The notes beneath the pieces were generated by a model that had not been told where the DNA came from, made no database searches, and worked only from the letters and a program-made list of their open reading frames with translations. 64,000 nt of DNA from positions 4,704,001 to 4,768,000 of the forward strand of contig CAVYRF010000002.1 in NCBI GenBank assembly GCA_963770895.1. Direction: 5' to 3'. Shown one piece after another: positions 59,200-64,000 of this stretch. A program made the position numbers and the translations under genes. The DNA is from an uncultured Acidobacteriota bacterium. Lineage in GTDB: Bacteria; Acidobacteriota; Thermoanaerobaculia; Multivoradales; UBA5704. The stretch's first letter is position 1. Each line of letters opens with the position of its first letter.

Positions 59200-59502
59200 A
59201 GCCGCGGACCGGCCGGCGCGGCGAAACCCGCCACGCCGGTCACCCATGGGAAGACACGAGGGTGCCGCGGTGGCGGAGCGCCGGCTGACGGGATAGTGCT
59301 CCGCCGTCGCCGGGAGGGCGCGCGGCGGGGGCTTTCCGATAGGACCCTGGGGTCTTGCTAGAGGGGGCGGGCGAGACTAGTATCCGCAGCAGAACAAGGA
59401 CACCTGAAGGACGAAGGAACCCGCTTTCAGGCCCGCTTGAGGCTCGGCGCCGGGACCCCCCGCGCGCCTGCTGCCGCTTGTCGTCGTGAGGATCGGCTGA
59501 GA

Positions 59503-61203
59503 ATGAGGGAGATCGCGGCGGAAGCGCTGCTGCGGGAGTTTGGAGTGGAGGCCCACGAGCGCCTGGGGCGAGTCGAGGGTATGCTGCTGGAGCTGCCGGA
59601 TGTGCCGCTGGAGTTTTTCGACGAGCGCCTGGACCAGATCCGGCGCGATCTGCATACCCTGAAAGGCAATTCGGCGCTGGTCGGCCTGGGCGAGCTGCAG
59701 GCGCTGGCGCACGAGATGGAAGACCTTGCCGACGAGCTGGCGCCGGGCCGCGTGCGCATCACGCCTCTGCTCGCCGAAGTGGATCGCTTCCGCCGCGTGC
59801 TGGTGGCCGCCGAAGCGCAGGCCCGCCGCGGCGTCCACGCCACCCATGGCGCCCACGCCTCCCATGCCTCTCATGCTGCCCAGCCTGCGCATGGTGGCCG
59901 CGTCGATGGCGGCGCTGCCGGTGCCGAACCGCCCGCAGGCCTGGGCGCGGCGTCCGGTGGCGGCGCCGCGGCTGGCGCGTCCGCTGATACGGCCGGCGCC
60001 GCGGTCGCAGGCGCCGGCCGGGCTCCGGACACCGAGGCGGCCAGCGCCCGCATCCCCTTTGGCGCCATCGATGGGCTGATCGAGCTGCTGGCCGAGGTGG
60101 TGATGTTCCGCAACCGGCTGACCGACGGCCTGGGCCGCCTGCAGGCCGAACCGACCGCCTGGGAGCAGGTGCAGCGGGCGCATCAGGGATTGGGCGCCAC
60201 GCTCGACCTGCTGCAGGAGGGCGTGCTGCGGCTGCGCATGGTGCCGCTGCGCACGCTCTTCGGCCAGCTGCACCGGCTGGTGTACGACGAGCGCGAGCAG
60301 CAGGGCAAGGCGGTGCAGCTGGTCACCGAAGGCGGCGACACGCCGCTCGACAAGGGGCTGCTGGAGCTGGCGAGCGAGGTGCTGGGTCACCTGGTGCGCA
60401 ACGCGGTGACGCACGGCATCGAGGCGCCCGCCGAGCGGCTGCGCCTGGGCAAGCCGGAGCAGGGGAGCCTGCGCCTGTCCGCCTTCGCCACCGCGCGCGA
60501 GGTGCGCATCGACGTCGAAGACGACGGGCGCGGCCTGGACACCGCGGCGATCGGAGCTGCGGCGGCGCGCCTGCGCGTCCCCGGCGCGGCGACCGCCGAC
60601 CCGGCGCAGCTGGTGTTTCTGCCGGGGCTGACGACGCGCGCCAGCGCCGACCTGAGCGGCGGCCGCGGCATCGGCCTGGCCGCGGTGCGCGCGGCGGTGG
60701 TGCGGCGCGGCGGCCGCATCGAGCTGGTGTCCGAAGAGGGGGCGGGCAGCTTGTTCCGCCTTACTCTGCCGCTCAGCGCCTCGATCACCCGCGCCCTGCT
60801 GCTGCGCTGCGACACCGAGCTGTACGCCCTGCCGCTGCGCGCGGTGGTCGAAGGCTTGCGCTTTCGCGCCGGCGAGCTGCACGAAGTCAACGGCGCCGGC
60901 ATCCTGCGCTGGCACGGCAAGATCCTGCCGGCGCTGGACCTGGGTTGCAGCTTCGGCACCGCGGCCGAGCGCCGCGCCGCCGGCTACGCGGTGGTGATCG
61001 AAGAGGGGCCGCGCCAGCGCGCCTTGCTGGTGGACGAGATCCAGGGCGCGCGCGACGTGGTGGTCAAGGGGCTGGACCCGGTGCTGGGCACCGGCGGCGG
61101 CGGGCTCGGCGGCTCGACCGTGCTGGGCGACGGCCGCGCCGTGCTGCTGCTCGACCCCCTGGGCCTGCTCGATCTGCCCCTGGCCACTCAGGTGCCGTCA
61201 TGA
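59503..61203 (+). CDS. cheA: Chemotaxis histidine kinase CheA
   Basis: Hpt LHTLKGNS, LRMVPL, HLVRNAV.HGIE, DDGRG, GRGIGL and a C-terminal CheW domain. Confidence 0.9.
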   Translation: MREIAAEALLREFGVEAHERLGRVEGMLLELPDVPLEFFDERLDQIRRDLHTLKGNSALVGLGELQALAHEMEDLADELAPGRVRITPLLAEVDRFRRVLVAAEAQARRGVHATHGAHASHASHAAQPAHGGRVDGGAAGAEPPAGLGAASGGGAAAGASADTAGAAVAGAGRAPDTEAASARIPFGAIDGLIELLAEVVMFRNRLTDGLGRLQAEPTAWEQVQRAHQGLGATLDLLQEGVLRLRMVPLRTLFGQLHRLVYDEREQQGKAVQLVTEGGDTPLDKGLLELASEVLGHLVRNAVTHGIEAPAERLRLGKPEQGSLRLSAFATAREVRIDVEDDGRGLDTAAIGAAAARLRVPGAATADPAQLVFLPGLTTRASADLSGGRGIGLAAVRAAVVRRGGRIELVSEEGAGSLFRLTLPLSASITRALLLRCDTELYALPLRAVVEGLRFRAGELHEVNGAGILRWHGKILPALDLGCSFGTAAERRAAGYAVVIEEGPRQRALLVDEIQGARDVVVKGLDPVLGTGGGGLGGSTVLGDGRAVLLLDPLGLLDLPLATQVPS

Positions 61204-62177
61204 GCCGCACCCCCAAGGGCGGCGGGCGCCCCGACCGCGACGCCGGCGCCGACACCGCGCCGGAGCCGGCGCCCGCATCGCCTGCACCGTCCACATCGTC
61301 GGCAGCGCAGGCGTCGCCCGCGCCGCAGGGTGAAACTCAAGAGGCACTGCCGGCGGGTGCGGTGCCGCCGCCGCCACCACCGCGCCTGGAGCTGCCGGCC
61401 TGGGGCATGGCCGACGAGATTCTGGCCGGCCTCGATGCCGGCGGCCTGGGCGGCGTCGGACCGACCGCCTTCATGACGTCCGCGGTGCCGGCGTCGGCCG
61501 TGGCGCCGGTCGCGGACAGCTTGTCGGCGCCGCCGGACGCGGCCGCCACCGCCGCCCGCCAGCGCGTCTACTCGTTTGCCGACGCCCTGGCACGGCGCGG
61601 CGCCGCGGTGGCGCGGGCGGCGCAGGAGCAGCCCGAAAGCTGGGTGATCTTCGAGCTCGCGGGCGAGCGCTTCGGCCTGCCGGTGACGTCGGTGCAGGAG
61701 ATCCTGCGCGTCGGCGCCATCACCCGCGTGCCCCACACCCCGGCGCCGGTGCGCGGTATCACCAACCTGCGCGGCCGCGTGCTGGCGGTGGTGGACCTGC
61801 GCGTGCGCCTGGGCATGCCGTCGGCGGAGCTGACCGCGCGCAACCGCATACTGGTGGTCGATTCCCGCCAGCGCACGCTGGGCCTGCTGGTGGACGCCGC
61901 GCTGCAGGTGGTCAAGCTGCTGCCGAGCACCCTGGAGGCGGCGCCGTCCGACGTGGTGTCGATGCGCTCGGACTACCTGCTGGGGGTCTACCACCTGGAC
62001 GACCAGCTGATCATCGCCCTGGACCTCGACCGCGTGCTGTTGGTCCATCCCGAAGCCGAAGACGGCGCCGACAGCGGCGAAGCCGGTGACCCGGCGGGTG
62101 CGGCGGGCGCCTTGGGTGCCGCGGCCGGACCGGCGGCGGCCGCGTTGCCCGCGCCGGCGGCGGGACCGGAGCCGTGA
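61200..62177 (+). CDS. cheW: CheW protein with a long low-complexity N-terminus
   Basis: VQEILRV..ITRVP..P..VRGITNLRG and GLLVD. Confidence 0.85.
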   Translation: MSRTPKGGGRPDRDAGADTAPEPAPASPAPSTSSAAQASPAPQGETQEALPAGAVPPPPPPRLELPAWGMADEILAGLDAGGLGGVGPTAFMTSAVPASAVAPVADSLSAPPDAAATAARQRVYSFADALARRGAAVARAAQEQPESWVIFELAGERFGLPVTSVQEILRVGAITRVPHTPAPVRGITNLRGRVLAVVDLRVRLGMPSAELTARNRILVVDSRQRTLGLLVDAALQVVKLLPSTLEAAPSDVVSMRSDYLLGVYHLDDQLIIALDLDRVLLVHPEAEDGADSGEAGDPAGAAGALGAAAGPAAAALPAPAAGPEP

Positions 62178-62262
62178 CCTGCGCCGGCTCTTTCCGGATC
62201 GATCCACCTTGCCGCGACTGCTGTCTCCGCTCACGGTCCTCAGGGCCACGAGGTAAAGCCGC

Positions 62263-62709
62263 ATGAGACCATGGCTCAAGTCATTTCTACTGCCGGCGGC
62301 GCTTGCCCTGGCGCTGGGCGGTGCGCCGGCGCCGGCGGCGGGCGCCGAGGGGTTTGAAGTGATCGTCAACGCCGCGAACCCCACGCCGTCGCTGCCGGCG
62401 GCCCAGGTGTCGCGCTTTTTCCTGCATCGCGAGGTGAAGTGGCCGGCCGGGGCGCAGGTCGAACCGGTCGACCTGCCGGAAGACTCGCCGGTGCGCGACG
62501 CCTTTTCGCACGCCATCCACGCCAAGACCACCGCCGCGATCAAAGCCTATTGGCAGCGCCTCATCTTTTCGGGCAAGGACGTGCCGCCGCCGGAGAAGCC
62601 GGCGGCCGAGGCGGTGCGCTTCGTGCGCTCCGACGTCGGCGCCATCGCCTACGTCGCGCCGGGCACGCCGCTCGGCGCGGGCGTGAAGGTGCTCAAGGTC
62701 ACGCCGTGA
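62263..62709 (+). CDS. Small periplasmic substrate-binding-like protein
   Basis: Signal peptide; VIVN..NP, YWQRLIFSGK..PP and GAIAYV. Confidence 0.75.
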   Translation: MRPWLKSFLLPAALALALGGAPAPAAGAEGFEVIVNAANPTPSLPAAQVSRFFLHREVKWPAGAQVEPVDLPEDSPVRDAFSHAIHAKTTAAIKAYWQRLIFSGKDVPPPEKPAAEAVRFVRSDVGAIAYVAPGTPLGAGVKVLKVTP

Positions 62710-62748
62710 GGGCCGGCTTGCCGGCGATCTGAAGGAGCGGGAGACGGT

Positions 62749-64000
62749 ATGCTCAAAAACCTGAAGGTGGCGCACAAGATCGCGTTGATGCCGGTGCTGG
62801 CGCTGATCGGCTTCGTGGTGGTGCTGGTCATCTCGCAGCAGTTGAGCAGCGAGAGCAGCGATCGGCTGCGGTTCATCCAGCAGGAATATCTGCCCGCGGT
62901 GCAGGCCAGCCGCGACCTGCAGGAGACGCTGACCAACATCCAGCGCGGTCTGCAGGACGCGGTGGCGGCCAACGATGCCGGCATGCTGGCCGAGGCCGAC
63001 GCGCAGAGCGAGCGCTTCCAGTCGACGCTCGAGGGCCAGAGCGGCAACCAGATGCCCTTCGCCGCCGACGCGCGCGCCATCTCCGCCGCCTTCACCGACT
63101 ATTACAAACAGGCGCGCGCCACCACCGAGCGCATGATCAAGGGCGAGCACGGCGACGACGTGGTCAAGGCGATGCAGACCATGCGGCAGCAGTACAACGC
63201 GGTGCACGGCAGCCTGGAGGACTTCAACGCCAAGTGCCTGCTGCAGACGGCGCTGTCGTTCGACGGCGCCAAGGCCAACCAGGGGTTGGTGGTCAGGATC
63301 TCGGTGCTGGTGACGGCGCTGATCGTGCTGACGCTGGGGGTGCTGTCGTACTTCGTCATCCGCTCGCTCACCCGGCCGCTGTCGCAGGCGGTGGCGGTGG
63401 CCGGCCGCCTGTCGCAGGGCGACATGGGAGTCGGCATCATCCCCACCTCGCACGACGAGGTGGGAGAGCTGCAGCGCGCCATGGCCAGCATGATCGTCTA
63501 CCTGCGCGAGATGGCGCGCGTCGCCGACGCCATCGCCGCCGGCGACCTGACCTCCAACGTCGAGCCGCGGTCTCCGGCCGACAGCTTCGGGCGTGCGTTC
63601 CAGCGCATGACCGCCAACCTGCGCCAGATGCTGGGCGCGGTCAAGGAGTCGACCGGCCAGGTGGCGACCACCGCCGACGAGATCTCGGCGTCGGCGCTGC
63701 AGATCACCCGCGGCGCCGAAACCCAGTCCAGCTCGACCGAGGAGACTTCCGCGACGATGGTGGAGATGGCGGCGCAGATCGACAGCGTGAACCGCTCGAT
63801 GCAGGCGCTGGCCACCAACGTCGAGGAGACGTCCAGCTCGATCCAGGAGATGGGCGCCTCGATCGACAACGTGGCGCGCGGCTCCGAAAGCGTGCTGGCG
63901 GCGGTCGACCAGACCGCCACCACGGTCGAGCAGATGACCGCTTCCATCCACTCGATCGCCGGCAAGGTGGCGGTCGTCGACCAGGTGTCGCGCGAAGCCG
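62749..64000 (+). CDS. Methyl-accepting chemotaxis protein, runs off the right edge
   Basis: RBS AAGGAG; TM-sensor-TM, HAMP (DEVGEL), then heptad repeats (EETSATM, EETSSSI). Confidence 0.9.
   Translation, partial: MLKNLKVAHKIALMPVLALIGFVVVLVISQQLSSESSDRLRFIQQEYLPAVQASRDLQETLTNIQRGLQDAVAANDAGMLAEADAQSERFQSTLEGQSGNQMPFAADARAISAAFTDYYKQARATTERMIKGEHGDDVVKAMQTMRQQYNAVHGSLEDFNAKCLLQTALSFDGAKANQGLVVRISVLVTALIVLTLGVLSYFVIRSLTRPLSQAVAVAGRLSQGDMGVGIIPTSHDEVGELQRAMASMIVYLREMARVADAIAAGDLTSNVEPRSPADSFGRAFQRMTANLRQMLGAVKESTGQVATTADEISASALQITRGAETQSSSTEETSATMVEMAAQIDSVNRSMQALATNVEETSSSIQEMGASIDNVARGSESVLAAVDQTATTVEQMTASIHSIAGKVAVVDQVSREA

Overview
Very GC-rich bacterial window, most likely Acidobacteriota and probably Thermoanaerobaculia-like. 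This is inferred from an ADOP-type permease, secreted proteins with a 'GYFWFFD...KILDG..VN..YWVF' domain, and 'LxLxRETL' peptide leaders. Layout by position: (1-5.3 kb) partial FabF-like KS and an ACP, plus an AibR-like TetR gene heading an archaeal-type HMG-CoA synthase/thiolase/DUF35 operon with a double palindromic operator. (5.4-15.4 kb) HipA-like kinase/DUF3037, DinB, SUI1, DUF3224, a TPR membrane protein, an ADOP permease and two tandem secreted paralogues; a third paralogue lies at 58.5 kb and all three share a promoter. (15.5-29.9 kb) a two-gene hybrid NRPS-PKS (T-C-A[Gly]-T-KS-AT-KR-DH-ACP, then KS-AT0-KR-ACP) with no loading enzyme or TE, followed by pgm. (31.7-47.8 kb) an accessory island ending at the 3' end of tRNA-Glu. 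It holds five co-oriented ~172-174 bp double-hairpin repeats that separate unrelated cargo: a DUF692 enzyme and partner, TA remnants, a multicopper oxidase, a broken caspase-like peptidase, two Cys-terminal RiPP-like precursors, XRE-ImmA, a DUF4062-like gene and IS debris. (48-64 kb) esterase, VOC protein, amidohydrolase, ankyrin protein, thiolase, PaaI, glyA and the start of a cheA-cheW-SBP-MCP cluster. The best candidate for an undescribed system is the co-oriented hairpin-repeat array with its cassette-like cargo, including the orphan RiPP precursors. All calls come from motif recognition by eye; no searches were run.
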